Origin: a virus
DNA length: 64,000 nucleotides
Reading direction: 5' to 3' (one strand)
Virus record (IMG/VR): IMGVR_UViG_3300004481_000271
Location: 32,001-96,000 of that record
Part shown: positions 18,972 to 29,092 of the stretch, in pieces
Numbering within the stretch: position 1 is the stretch's first letter
How the letters are laid out: each line of letters begins with the position of its first letter
The notes under the pieces: model-generated
Told to the model about the DNA's origin: nothing
Seen by the model: only the letters and a program-made list of their open reading frames with translations
The model's database searches: none
Translations under genes and position numbers: made by a program

Positions 18972-19541
18972 TCAGCCCTCCTCGGGGAAGGGGTTCGGGC
19001 GGAACTTCAAAGCGGCGGGAACGTCGCCCCCTGGAACGTGCCCGTAGCGGAGGCTCGAGTCGTCCCGGACCTCGGCCGAAGTGATCCGGACGTCGCGGAT
19101 CTCCTCGATCGCAAGCGTCGCTCTCGAAACCCTCGCTTGCCCGTACCGGTTGAAGAACTCGTGAGAGAAGCGAACCGCGGTCACGATACAGGTCAAGGAA
19201 AGCATCCTCGGCCAGACAAAGAGGATGCGAGGCGGAGCTCCTCCGGCGATCGTTTCCGCTCCGCCCTTCGGGAAGCAAAGGGACTTGAGAAAGCGCCGCT
19301 GTTGCCGCATGAGCTCGAGGTCCGCCGGTGTCATCGCCCGCCAGAAGAGCTCGACGGAGAAGGACTCGTTCCCGGTGTAGCCGAACTGGAGAGGTTGATG
19401 TGAGAGCCCGGGGACGGTGAGCTTCGACCATGAGACCTGGATCTCCTCCTCGAGCCGTTCGGGATTGAAGAGGACCCGGAGGGTCTCGTTCGTCTCGAGG
19501 TTGGAGATCGTCATCTTCGCGCCGGCCTGCCAGTCGGGCAT
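18972..19541 (-). CDS. CIS-tube-like tail tube initiator
   Basis: VLFNPERL...VPGLSHQPLQF...PPRILFVW. Confidence 0.85.
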   Translation of the reverse strand: MPDWQAGAKMTISNLETNETLRVLFNPERLEEEIQVSWSKLTVPGLSHQPLQFGYTGNESFSVELFWRAMTPADLELMRQQRRFLKSLCFPKGGAETIAGGAPPRILFVWPRMLSLTCIVTAVRFSHEFFNRYGQARVSRATLAIEEIRDVRITSAEVRDDSSLRYGHVPGGDVPAALKFRPNPFPEEG

Positions 19542-22208
19542 CTAGTCCTCCACTCCGACCGGGGCGAACTCCCCGGCGGCGGCCGACCGAGCTCCGCCTC
19601 GAGTCGCCCGAGCGATCGCCTCGCCGTCGACCTGGACAACGATCGGTTGTGCGGCGGCGAGTCGCATCGCGCCGACGGCCTGGCGAAGGGCCTCGCGGTC
19701 CCCGCCGGACATCCGGACGGCCTCCGCCATCCGAGCCCCGGCGGCCTCGCCCCGAGCTCCGGCGACCGAGGGTTGCGCGGCGGCAGCGGTCGGCTCCCCT
19801 CGACGAGCTGCCTTCATCGCCTCGCTTCTGGCGCGGAGCTCCGCTTGCTGCTCTCGGCCGGCAACAAACCCCCCCATCGCTTGCTCGGCCCCGCCCCAGC
19901 CGAGGGCCTGGCGGACCGGGGCGGGGACGATCTGCATCATGCCGAGGATCGCGCGGGAGACGCTCTCGGCGACTCCGAGAACGGCGTCGCGGAACCGATA
20001 CCAGGCTTCAACCTGTCGGTTGACCCAGCCCTCGACGGCGGAGAATCCGGCGGCGAGGGTGTCGACGGTCCAGTTGTAGGCGCGGACGAGGGCGGCGAGG
20101 ACCTCGATCGTGACGCCGATGTAGGACGCGAAGAAGATCAAGGCGGGGACGAGGAGGTCGACGAAGACTCGCCCGAGCTCGCGGAAGACGGACATCCCCT
20201 CGCGCCCCTGCCCCGCGGCCTGTTCCTGCATCCCGAAGGCTTCGCGGAGGGCGTCGACGAGCCGACCAACCGAAGAGGAGAGAGCATCCCACACGAGCCG
20301 GAGGGTCGGGAGCCATTCCTGAAACTGCGAGACCATTCCTTGTGCGAACTGGACGACGTTCCGAATCCCGTCGACGATGATCACGATCGCTCGGCCGACG
20401 ACTCGGCCGACCTGCATCCCGACCTCCATGAAGCGTTGCATCGGGGTCGATGCTCCGGCCTCCGTCGCCTCCCCGATGAAGCCGAGCTGGCGGCCGAGCT
20501 GTTGCAGCGCGCGGACGAGGGCTCGAGCGGCCGGAGCTCCGGCCGCGAAGGCTTCGTTGAAGCCCTTCCGGATCCCGGAGAAGAAGCGCCGAGCTCGAGC
20601 GTAGAGGGCAAAGAGGTTGATGATGAAGGGACGAATCCCTCGGTTGCTCGCGAGGGAGAGCTCACCGGCGACCGCCTTCGAGAAGCCCCCCCTCGTGAGG
20701 AGCTCGCGGAGAGCTCGGAAGCCGAGGGAGACCCTCGCGAAGACATTCCGGACCCAGTCGCCGATCCCGCCGAGGTTGTAGCGGATCGCCAGCCCGAGGG
20801 CGATGAACCCCGAGGCGAGGACGGCGACGGCGGCGACGACCGGCAAGGTCGCGAGAAGGATCACCCCCATCGTGATCGCCATGATCTTCAAGAACGGGAG
20901 GATCAAGGCGACCGAGAAGCCGAGGATCCCGAGCCCTCCCATCGCGGTCACGAGGGCACCGATCGCGATGACGATCGCGGCGATCGCGGTCCCTACCTCC
21001 TCGGGGACTGCGTTGAAGACCCGGATAAAGAAGTTGAGGAGGTTCGTCAGGGCGGCGACGAAGGGACGGAAGGCGCGGGCGAACGCCTCGCCGAGGACGA
21101 CTTGAAGGGTCTGGAGGGTCCCCTGCAAGAGGACCCGTTGACCGCGGAAGGTGTCGAGCATCCTCTGGCGAAACTGCTCGGCGGCGCCGTCGGCGTTTCG
21201 CATCGTTCCGCGGAGGAAGTCGACAGCCTCGGCCCCGCGAACGATCTCGCCCCGAGCGTTCCGCATCCCGGTTGTGAGCTGTTGCGTGATCCCGGTGACC
21301 GCCGTCAACCCGAACCGGCCGAAGAGCTCGGAGGCGACGGCGGCCCGCTCCGCCTCGTTCGGGAACCGCTCGCCGAGGGCGACCCCGGCTTCGCGAACGA
21401 CGTCGAGGAAGTCGCGGAAGTTGCCCTGGGCATCGGTGACGTTCACCCCGAGACGTTGCCGGATCTGGTCGGAGTTGCGCGCCATGAAGATCAAGGCGGA
21501 GGAGACGGAGCTCGCGGCGACGCTCGCCTCGACACCGGTGTTCCGGACGAGACCGATCGCGGGGAGCATCTCCTCGAGGGACTGGCCGGTCGCGGCGGCG
21601 CCGCGGGAGACCGTTCCGAGGGCGAGGGCGAGCTCGTTGTGCTGTAGGGCGGTCACGTTCGCGATCCGAAGGAGCCGGTCGGTTGCGTAGCCCGCTTGAT
21701 CGGCCTGTAGCCCGAAGACGCGGAGGGCGGCTCCGACGCTCTGGGCGGCGAGGGAGACGTCGATCTGTCCTCCCGCGGCGAGGTCGAGGGCACCCCCGAG
21801 AGCTTGCATGGATTGCTGGGCGTCGAAGCCTCGGACGGCGAGCTCGGCGAGTCCCTGGGCGGCCTCCGTCGGCGAGAACTGGGTCGCGATGCCCGCCTCG
21901 ATCGCCCGGTCTCGAAGGGCGCGCATGTCGTCGGCCCCCGCCATGGAAAGCGCGCCGACTCGTGCCATGGTCTGGCCGAACTCGGACGAAGCGTCGGCGA
22001 GGTCGAAGGCGCCTCGCAGCGTCCCGACCCCGGTCGCCATGGTCGCGACCGAAGCTCCGACCCCGAGGGCGGCCGCTTGCATGATACCGCTCGAGAGCCG
22101 CGCCCTCGTAGCTTGCCGGTCGAAGGCTCCCCCGACTCGGTTGATCACCCCCGTCGCCTGGTCGCGGGCGGTGAAAATGTAGCCCATGCCGGCTTGGTTC
22201 AAAGCCAT
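19542..22208 (-). CDS. tail tape measure protein
   Basis: 888 aa, TP901-type TQFSPTEAAQGL...LDLAA motif, central TM segments. Confidence 0.93.
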   Translation of the reverse strand: MALNQAGMGYIFTARDQATGVINRVGGAFDRQATRARLSSGIMQAAALGVGASVATMATGVGTLRGAFDLADASSEFGQTMARVGALSMAGADDMRALRDRAIEAGIATQFSPTEAAQGLAELAVRGFDAQQSMQALGGALDLAAGGQIDVSLAAQSVGAALRVFGLQADQAGYATDRLLRIANVTALQHNELALALGTVSRGAAATGQSLEEMLPAIGLVRNTGVEASVAASSVSSALIFMARNSDQIRQRLGVNVTDAQGNFRDFLDVVREAGVALGERFPNEAERAAVASELFGRFGLTAVTGITQQLTTGMRNARGEIVRGAEAVDFLRGTMRNADGAAEQFRQRMLDTFRGQRVLLQGTLQTLQVVLGEAFARAFRPFVAALTNLLNFFIRVFNAVPEEVGTAIAAIVIAIGALVTAMGGLGILGFSVALILPFLKIMAITMGVILLATLPVVAAVAVLASGFIALGLAIRYNLGGIGDWVRNVFARVSLGFRALRELLTRGGFSKAVAGELSLASNRGIRPFIINLFALYARARRFFSGIRKGFNEAFAAGAPAARALVRALQQLGRQLGFIGEATEAGASTPMQRFMEVGMQVGRVVGRAIVIIVDGIRNVVQFAQGMVSQFQEWLPTLRLVWDALSSSVGRLVDALREAFGMQEQAAGQGREGMSVFRELGRVFVDLLVPALIFFASYIGVTIEVLAALVRAYNWTVDTLAAGFSAVEGWVNRQVEAWYRFRDAVLGVAESVSRAILGMMQIVPAPVRQALGWGGAEQAMGGFVAGREQQAELRARSEAMKAARRGEPTAAAAQPSVAGARGEAAGARMAEAVRMSGGDREALRQAVGAMRLAAAQPIVVQVDGEAIARATRGGARSAAAGEFAPVGVED

Positions 22209-22220
22209 GACTCCCCCAGT

Positions 22221-22556
22221 CTACCGCCGGCGGTTCGCCTTCTCCAGAGCCTTCGCCTCCCGCCGGCGTTGTTCCTCGAGGAAGTCGAGGGCGGCCTCGA
22301 GCTCGCCGATCGACATCTCGAGGACGTCCGCCCGGGTGAACGAGTAGCCCGAACCCCCGTGAACGGAGTAGCAGAGGGTCCGCGTCGCAGCCCAGACGTC
22401 CTCGAGCGGGAGCTCGGGGATCAGTCCGAAGAGGGCGACGGGTCTTCCTGGCCGGCCAGCGGCAGCGCGGGTCCGCCCCGTCGAGCTCGTCGAGCTCGAG
22501 CCCGCCGTCTCTCCGACGGCTTCTTCGGGACAAACATGCGCTGCAAGTCCAAAGGG
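22221..22556 (-). CDS. -1 frameshift extension of the tail assembly chaperone (gpGT-like)
   Basis: Slippery heptamer C CCT TTG at 22556-22550. The -1 frame reads ...LFGLIPELPLEDVW...HGGSGYSF...EQRRREAKALEKANRRR* to TAG at 22221. Missing from the ORF track. Confidence 0.75.
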   Translation of the reverse strand, partial: PFGLAAHVCPEEAVGETAGSSSTSSTGRTRAAAGRPGRPVALFGLIPELPLEDVWAATRTLCYSVHGGSGYSFTRADVLEMSIGELEAALDFLEEQRRREAKALEKANRRR

Positions 22557-23245
22557 AGGTCAATCTCCCACTCGGCCCCGCACGTCGGGCAGTAGACGTC
22601 AAAGGCGGTCTCGATCCCGCCGTCGGCGGAGTCCATCTTCTCGAGGAGGTCCTCGATCTCTCCCATCGACAAGTCGGCGATGAACCGCTCCGTCGCTTCG
22701 CCCTTCGCGACCTCTTCGATCTCGAGGACCCTCGCCTTCATCGCGGCGACGACGAGGTCGTCCCCCTGGCTCTGGATCGCCTCGAGGGCGCGGAGCTGGT
22801 CTCGTCCCTCCATGAGCTTGAAGAAGACCCGCCGACCGTCGGAGAGCTTCGCCTCGAAGCGGTTCCGGCCGGAGGCGATCGCGACCCTTGACGCCTCCGG
22901 GATCGGTCGGACCGGAAGCTCGAGAAGCGGCAGATCCCAGACGAACTTGTTCCCGCATTGGGGACACCGAACGTCGAGCTCCTCGGTCTCCCCGTAGGTT
23001 GCGACCCGGATCATCAGGAGGGCGAAGATCCGGTCGGCGGCGAGGACCCTCGTCCAGTCGACGGCGGTCCTCTCGAAGGTGTAGGGCCCGAGCTCGAGGG
23101 TCTCGAGCCAGCAAGCCCGAAGGATCGCCTCGGCGGCCTTCCCGGACCGCATGGCCCTGGCGTCGCCGAGGACGCCGGCCTTCCCGGCGGCGAGGTGTGA
23201 GACCCGCCCAGCGAGCCCGGACGGGCATTCGACAATGCGCTCCAT
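22421..23245 (-). CDS. tail assembly chaperone (T4 gp26-like, two CxxC motifs)
   Basis: DRIFALLMIRVATYG, CPQCG, CPTCG. Lies between tube and tape measure. Confidence 0.8.
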   Translation of the reverse strand: MERIVECPSGLAGRVSHLAAGKAGVLGDARAMRSGKAAEAILRACWLETLELGPYTFERTAVDWTRVLAADRIFALLMIRVATYGETEELDVRCPQCGNKFVWDLPLLELPVRPIPEASRVAIASGRNRFEAKLSDGRRVFFKLMEGRDQLRALEAIQSQGDDLVVAAMKARVLEIEEVAKGEATERFIADLSMGEIEDLLEKMDSADGGIETAFDVYCPTCGAEWEIDLPLDLQRMFVPKKPSERRRARARRARRGGPALPLAGQEDPSPSSD

Positions 23246-23346
23246 GCTTTCCTTCCCCTGCGAGGGCGACGTCGCCCTCAGCTCCTCGAGAGCCTACCAC
23301 AGGCGGAGGCGAGGAGGGAGCTCGCGGGCGAGCTCGAGGCGGGGAC

Positions 23347-23811
23347 CTACTGGATCAGCTCGGGGTAATCGTAGGCGAGGACGACTGTCTCGATGACGTT
23401 CTCGTCCGCCTCGTTATCCCAGGACCCGCCGACGAGCCGCTTCGGCCAAGCGTTGTGCAGGCGCCAGCGGCGGAGGATCGAGCCGTCCCGATCGTACTGG
23501 ACGACGTCGACCATGCGCTTGTACTCGGCATCGACGAGCCCCGCGTTCGCGGAGAGGTCCGCGACCTCGAGAAGCCAGTCGTAGAGGTCCCGGTCCTGGG
23601 TCGCGCCTCGCTCGAGCGTGATGTCCTCGACGGTCGCACGCCCCGGGGACTTGTCGGCGATGAGCGTCCCGCCCTCGAAGTGCTCGACCGTCGCGAACTC
23701 GATCGCGATGTCGGAGCAAGTCCGGAAGGCGGCCGAGCCGAGACCGTCGATCTGGACCTGAAACTTGAACCGCTTGTGAAAGCTCCGCGGCGTTCCGATG
23801 ATTCCGGCCAT
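23347..23811 (-). CDS. tail tube protein (T4 gp19-like)
   Basis: [38 protein letters not shown]. Confidence 0.95.
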   Translation of the reverse strand: MAGIIGTPRSFHKRFKFQVQIDGLGSAAFRTCSDIAIEFATVEHFEGGTLIADKSPGRATVEDITLERGATQDRDLYDWLLEVADLSANAGLVDAEYKRMVDVVQYDRDGSILRRWRLHNAWPKRLVGGSWDNEADENVIETVVLAYDYPELIQ

Positions 23812-23834
23812 GGTGTCCTCTCCTCCCCGCTACG

Positions 23835-26099
23835 CTATGCGGTCGCGGCCGCGATCTCCTCCTCGAGCTCCCGGGTGTCCTGGGAGAAGCGGAGGATGAT
23901 GTACTCGGCCGGCTTCTGGGTCGCGAGCCCGATCCTCGCGACGAGCTTCCCGGCGAAGACGACCGAGGGCGGGTTGAGCCCCTCCCCGACGTCGACGAAG
24001 AAGCTCGTCTGGGGCGACGTCCCGCGGAAGGCGCGGTTCCGATACTGGATCAGAAGGAAGGCGACGAGGGTCCGCTCGACCCGGGCTCGGAGCTCCGGGT
24101 CGTTGTTCGCGTGGCGTGCGAACTGGATCCCGAGCTTCGCGGACTGCTCGATGTAGATCACGCCTCGACGCTCGGCGACGCTCGGGAAGTTGCCGTTCGA
24201 CTTGAGCGTCCGGGAGCCGTCGATGTGGATCGGGAGACCGGGGCCCGTCGTGATCGGGTTGATCCGCTTCGGGTAGATGAGATCGCGGGTCGGCTCTTGC
24301 TTGACGTCGTCGGTCTCGAAGCCGACGACCCCGCGGAGGATGCCCCGCTCGACCCCGGCCGGTTGGTCGTAGACCCCGCCCTCGCGAGCTCCGTCCGTCC
24401 GGGCGTAGGTCCCGGCGATGTGCCCCGAGGGCGGCACGACGATCGTGTCCTCGTTCCCGAAGACGGTCTTGTTCGGGTTCAGGACCTTGACCTGGGGCCA
24501 GTAGATTGCCCCGAACTCGGAGAGCTCGAGGAGGGAGGCGGTCGTCTCGACGTAGGTCACGATCCCGGTCTTGGATTGCCCGGCCGGCGGGTCGAGAACC
24601 GCGAAGACCGACCCGTCCCGGGTGTCCTCGCAGTAGGAGATCATCCCGTTGTGGACCGCGTTCGTCGGCCGGTCCGGGATCGCGAGGAGGGCGAGGTCGA
24701 GGGACTGGTCGAGGACGCGGAGCCCCGTCGGACCCGCCGAGCTCCCGAGGAAGTCGTTGTCGTCGAGGGACGTCAGCCCGTCATCCCCGCCGGCGAGCGG
24801 CCCGTGAGTCGTCGGGGAGTAGGTCGGGGCGAGGTGCCCGCCGGCCGGCCGGCGTTGCTCGGCCGTCCCCGCGGCGAGGAGGTCCTCGGCGGTGACGAAG
24901 TGCGACCCGGTGTCCTCGTCGTTCAGGATCGTCTCGACGTAGCGATCCCCCGCGTCGTCCATCGTGAGGTTCGGGAAGGTCTCGACGACGATCCCACCGT
25001 CGAGGACGGCGAGGTTGAACTCGGACGCCTCGAGGGAGGTCGCCCTCGAGATCTTGATCGTGAGGTCGTGGGCGAAGGTCCCGTCGTACTTCCCCCAGAT
25101 CTTGAGGGTGTTGACGGCGGCCCCGCTCGTCCCGGAGTGCGTCGCGTTGTCGAGCCCGAGCTCGTCGTCCGCGGTCGAGGTCGCATCGACCTGGACCGAG
25201 TAGGCGGCGCCCGCGGTGTTCCGGGTGATCCGGACTCGGCCGGAGTCGTCCGAGACGGTGACGCCGGCGACGGCGGCCTCGACGATCGTCTTGACCTCGG
25301 CGACGGTGACGCCTTCGATGTCGGCGACGTTGCCTCCGCCGGTGTCGGAGAGTCCGGTGAAGCCGAGGGCGGCGAGGGCGGTCCCGCCGAAGGTCGCGAG
25401 CTCGGAGTCCGTCCCGCGAAGGTCGGAGGTGATCTTGACCGCTCCGGCCGAGACCTCGGCGAAGATCCCGGCGGCCTCCGCGTTGATCACCGCGGCGACC
25501 TCGAGGGCGGTCGCGGCACCGATCGCGACGAACTCGGCGGTGTTGAAGGTCACCGTCCGCGCCAACCCCTCGACCTCGAAGGTCAGCGTCCATCCGTCGG
25601 TGAGAGCGAAGGGTTGAGTCGCCCCTCCCGTCACCGTCGCGGCGTCGGCGTTGAAGGTCGCGGCGGTCGGCCCGCCGAGGTCCGTCGTGATCTGAAGGGT
25701 GTCCCCCGGCTCGAGGTCGAAGGGTTCGACGATCGACCCCAGGACGGACCCCTGGGTCGGAGCTCCGGCCGGCGTCTGGATCGTGTAGGACGCGGCGACG
25801 GACGTCTTCGTCGCCGGCGTGTTGATGTCGGTGTAGTGGACGGTCCGGACGAAGTCGAGGACCTGTCCCCCGTTCTGGAAGAAGCCCTGGACGGCGTGGT
25901 AGGCGTCGCCGTCGGCGATCGCGCCCCCGTAGGCGTCGACCCACTCGTCGAAGCTCGTCGTCCGCGTGAGCTCCCCGACGGGGCCCTTCTCGGTGATCCC
26001 GATCATCCCGAGGATGTTGGTCGGGACGCCGAGGATCTGGCGGACGCGAGGCTCCTCCTCCGTGATGACGACCTTGCTCGCGAGAAGCTCTTTCGACAT
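23835..26099 (-). CDS. contractile tail sheath protein
   Basis: GITEKGPV, FFQNGG, YWPQV, VPPSGHIAG, RINPI, NNDPELRARV, KPAEYIILRF. Confidence 0.97.
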   Translation of the reverse strand: MSKELLASKVVITEEEPRVRQILGVPTNILGMIGITEKGPVGELTRTTSFDEWVDAYGGAIADGDAYHAVQGFFQNGGQVLDFVRTVHYTDINTPATKTSVAASYTIQTPAGAPTQGSVLGSIVEPFDLEPGDTLQITTDLGGPTAATFNADAATVTGGATQPFALTDGWTLTFEVEGLARTVTFNTAEFVAIGAATALEVAAVINAEAAGIFAEVSAGAVKITSDLRGTDSELATFGGTALAALGFTGLSDTGGGNVADIEGVTVAEVKTIVEAAVAGVTVSDDSGRVRITRNTAGAAYSVQVDATSTADDELGLDNATHSGTSGAAVNTLKIWGKYDGTFAHDLTIKISRATSLEASEFNLAVLDGGIVVETFPNLTMDDAGDRYVETILNDEDTGSHFVTAEDLLAAGTAEQRRPAGGHLAPTYSPTTHGPLAGGDDGLTSLDDNDFLGSSAGPTGLRVLDQSLDLALLAIPDRPTNAVHNGMISYCEDTRDGSVFAVLDPPAGQSKTGIVTYVETTASLLELSEFGAIYWPQVKVLNPNKTVFGNEDTIVVPPSGHIAGTYARTDGAREGGVYDQPAGVERGILRGVVGFETDDVKQEPTRDLIYPKRINPITTGPGLPIHIDGSRTLKSNGNFPSVAERRGVIYIEQSAKLGIQFARHANNDPELRARVERTLVAFLLIQYRNRAFRGTSPQTSFFVDVGEGLNPPSVVFAGKLVARIGLATQKPAEYIILRFSQDTRELEEEIAAATA

Positions 26100-26114
26100 T
26101 GGTCAGCCCTCCTC

Positions 26115-26543
26115 TTACTCGCCCCGCTTCGCCTTCGCGACGGCGGCGGCCTTGCCGTTCTTCTCCGTCGAGGCAGGCGCCTCCGACGGCATGGTTTCCG
26201 ACGGCGGCGTGGCCTTCGACGGCGCGGCCCTCGGTGTCTGGCTCCTCGGCTTCGGGTCGGGGACGACCTCGAGCCGGATGTCGCCGGCGGCGCGGAGCCG
26301 TTTCACGTCGGGGACCCCGACGATCGCGTCGGGAAGCCCCTCGAGCCTCTGCCCGGCGAGGAGGGTCAAAGTCCCCGGTGTCCCCTTCCGTTGCTCGAGG
26401 ACGCCCCGGACACCGGTCTTCGGGTTGAGGTCCGAGGTCCGGATGACCCGTCGGCGGAAGCCGTAGCGTCCGGAGTAGAACGCGGGATGATCGAGGGAGA
26501 TGATCTTCCGCCGCTTCGAGACGTTGATGATCGTCGTCGACAT
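26115..26543 (-). CDS. hypothetical protein upstream of the sheath
   Basis: Coupled ORF, basic with a low-complexity tail. Confidence 0.65.
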   Translation of the reverse strand: MSTTIINVSKRRKIISLDHPAFYSGRYGFRRRVIRTSDLNPKTGVRGVLEQRKGTPGTLTLLAGQRLEGLPDAIVGVPDVKRLRAAGDIRLEVVPDPKPRSQTPRAAPSKATPPSETMPSEAPASTEKNGKAAAVAKAKRGE

Positions 26544-27797
26544 TTAGCAGTCTCCTCCTGGGCTCGGACCGACGTCGTAGGTCTCGCCCGTTTGGGTCGT
26601 GGTCAGCTCCGTTTCCTCGACCGGTATCACGACGCGGGTCCCGAGCTCGCCGTCGAAGCCGGCGAGGTCCTCGAGGTCGAAGCCCCGCACGACAACGGTT
26701 CCCGAGAAGGATCGCAGGTTGGAGACGTTCGCGCCAGTGGTGATCTCGAAGTCGCCTCCGTCGGCGAAGTCGAGCTCGTATCGGACGCGCCCCTGGCTCG
26801 GGTCGGACGTGTCGCGGTCGAGATAGACGTAGGGGTTCCGGTCGATGACCTGGGTCGCGAGGGCGAGGAGGTTCACGAGCTCGATCTGGGAGTCGGAAAC
26901 CCCGGTCACGGTGAAGGTGAGGTCGACGGTGTAGGGCGCCCGGCGGAGGATGACCTCCCCGTTCGGGAGCTCGAGCTCGACGCTCCCGTTGACCGAGAAG
27001 AAGCGGTTCTCCTCGAGGTCCGGTCCGTCGAGCCCGATCCCTGGGAGCTCGGCGATCTCGACGATCGAGTAGGCGTCCCCGGTTTCCGCGTCGTATTCGG
27101 TGTGGGTCGTTGTCGAGACGTTCGGGATGACCTGTTTCCGGAAGAGCCGAACGAGCTCGCGGACGAGTCGCGTCAAGTGCGCTTCGTCGGCGAGCTGGAC
27201 CCTCGAGAAGCGATAGGCGTCCTCGAGGACGACCGACTCGCCAGGGATCGGGACGCCGGCGTCGTCGAGGTTCCGGATCGTGACCGAGACCTTCCCTTCC
27301 CCGTAGGCGCGGGAGTAGACGCGGACGTCCGCGACGGGCCCCTCGGCGACGAGAGCTCCCGAGCTCGTGAGGGAGAGGGTCGAAGCGGTGAGGGAGGCGA
27401 CCTCCCGCGCCCCGTCATTCGACCCCGAGCCCTCGACGGTGACCTTCTGCCCGGCGCGGAAGCCGTCGGCCCGCCAGTCGCCCGAGCTCCTCGCGATCGT
27501 GTCCGGCGCCCCGGGAACGAAGGTCAAGACCGCGCCCTGGGCGAGGCGGACGAGCCCGCCGGAGATCGGCGAGACCGGGGTCCTCGCGACGATCCGGTTC
27601 GTCCGGACGACCTGGACGTCGACGGCCGGCTCGTCGTCGAAGAGAACCTCGACGCTCGGCGGCGCCGGCGGCGTGACCCCGCTCGGGTTCAGGATGAGGG
27701 TCGGAAGGCGGAAGCCGTCCCCGTAGATCTGGACCATGGCCCGGCCGGACGTCGGCCCGCGAGTCGGGACGATGTTGACGACGCTCGGGGCGACCAT
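26544..27797 (-). CDS. tail terminator-like protein with N-terminal IPT/TIG domain
   Basis: PSVVNIVPTRGPTSG...IYGDGF (IPT). C-terminal PYTVDLTFTV domain. Position just before the sheath. Confidence 0.7.
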   Translation of the reverse strand: MVAPSVVNIVPTRGPTSGRAMVQIYGDGFRLPTLILNPSGVTPPAPPSVEVLFDDEPAVDVQVVRTNRIVARTPVSPISGGLVRLAQGAVLTFVPGAPDTIARSSGDWRADGFRAGQKVTVEGSGSNDGAREVASLTASTLSLTSSGALVAEGPVADVRVYSRAYGEGKVSVTIRNLDDAGVPIPGESVVLEDAYRFSRVQLADEAHLTRLVRELVRLFRKQVIPNVSTTTHTEYDAETGDAYSIVEIAELPGIGLDGPDLEENRFFSVNGSVELELPNGEVILRRAPYTVDLTFTVTGVSDSQIELVNLLALATQVIDRNPYVYLDRDTSDPSQGRVRYELDFADGGDFEITTGANVSNLRSFSGTVVVRGFDLEDLAGFDGELGTRVVIPVEETELTTTQTGETYDVGPSPGGDC

Positions 27798-27836
27798 GGC
27801 CGGAGTCTACCAGAGACCGCCCCCAGGACTCCAGCG

Positions 27837-28526
27837 TCAAAGGCGGCCGAAGTCCCCGCCGAGGAGGTTCGTCGTCGTCCGGAGAATACGGTCCGGAGCC
27901 CCCTTCTTCCGCCGGTCGAAGACCGGCCGAAGGAAGGGGCGGGGTTTGATCCGGATGATCAAGACCGCGCCCGGCCGAAAGCTCGGGATCGCCCGTCCGG
28001 AGGATCTCGTTCCGCCCTCCGGCTTCGCCCCAGGCGCCCGCCGACGGGAGGCAACCCCGGCCATCCGTCGCAGCATGGCGAAGAAGTAGCCGACCATCTT
28101 CGAGGTGATCCGGATGACGATGATCTTCCCCCGCTCGTGAACGGCGGCAATGTTCGCGAGTCCGGTCTTCCCCGTGCGCCCGGAAGCTCCCCCGCCTCGC
28201 CCTCGAGCCGTCCGGTGAACCCCGCCGAAGTATTCCATCTGGCGGACCCGCTTGACGCGGACCCCGCCGACGAGGTCTCCATGGTCGATCAACGGCTTGT
28301 TGCTCTTCTTCCGGTAGACCGTAAGAGGACGGAGAGCGGCGAGCTTCTTCCCGCCCGGCGAGCCCTGGCGGATTCCCGTCTTCACGTCCCGGACGAACTC
28401 CTCGGCCTCGCGGCGGACGGCTTGGTCGAGAGCTCGGCGAAAAACCGTCCCTCCCCGATGCCGTCGCAGGATCGCTCGGACCCGCTCCCAGTCGCCCGTC
28501 AAGGTGACGCGGACGGAGACGGTCAT
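27837..28526 (-). CDS. neck / virion morphogenesis protein
   Basis: KPLIDHGDL, IAAVHERG, IKPRPFLRP. Confidence 0.8.
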   Translation of the reverse strand: MTVSVRVTLTGDWERVRAILRRHRGGTVFRRALDQAVRREAEEFVRDVKTGIRQGSPGGKKLAALRPLTVYRKKSNKPLIDHGDLVGGVRVKRVRQMEYFGGVHRTARGRGGGASGRTGKTGLANIAAVHERGKIIVIRITSKMVGYFFAMLRRMAGVASRRRAPGAKPEGGTRSSGRAIPSFRPGAVLIIRIKPRPFLRPVFDRRKKGAPDRILRTTTNLLGGDFGRL

Positions 28527-29047
28527 CGAACCGAGAGCTCCCGGGTCTCGAAGGTCATCAGGAAGAGGGACCGCTCCCCGCCGAGACCGAGCGATCTCGG
28601 TTGCGCTTGCGTGCAGTAGAGCCCCGGCTTCGCGGGGATCGTCCAGACGAGAGCCCCGTCCGGCTTGTAAACCGCGGCGAGCCGGTCGTTCACCCGAAGG
28701 GCGGGGACGAGGTTCGCGTCGAGGAGCCCCTCGGCCTCGAGCTGGGCGTAGTGAAGGACGAGCCGGACGAGAGCTCGCGGCGAGCGGCCAGTCGCGAACA
28801 TCTCGAGGGAGTCGAAGGTGTCGTCCTCGAATTGGGCGAGGAGCCGGACGGTCGACTCGACCCGGCGGACCTCCCCCCGCTCCGAGCTCGTCGCGTCGAC
28901 CGGCGGCACGACGACCGGCTCCCGAAAGTCGTCGTCGTAGCCAGCGACGAGAGGGCCCGCCCCGTCCGGGTCTTCCGCAGTTGCGGCGGTGTCGAGCCTC
29001 GCGATGTCGACTTGCATCGGGAAGATCAGAGGGACGAGGTAGGTCAT
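28523..29047 (-). CDS. head closure / head-tail joining protein (putative)
   Basis: Position and beta-rich pattern (GYDDDFRE...LRVNDRL). Confidence 0.6.
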   Translation of the reverse strand: MTYLVPLIFPMQVDIARLDTAATAEDPDGAGPLVAGYDDDFREPVVVPPVDATSSERGEVRRVESTVRLLAQFEDDTFDSLEMFATGRSPRALVRLVLHYAQLEAEGLLDANLVPALRVNDRLAAVYKPDGALVWTIPAKPGLYCTQAQPRSLGLGGERSLFLMTFETRELSVR

Positions 29048-29092
29048 AGGGTGAGCCTACCATGCGAGGAGCTCGACGTCCGCGGCGAAGGG

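Noticed and set aside
12195-27797. Stand-alone tailocin/eCIS locus
   Set aside because: Capsid, portal, terminase and MuF are present, so this is a phage.
24111-28619. 1502-aa plus-strand ORF
   Set aside because: Antisense shadow of the sheath/neck genes. High-GC codon bias removes stops on the opposite strand, and it has no recognisable motifs.
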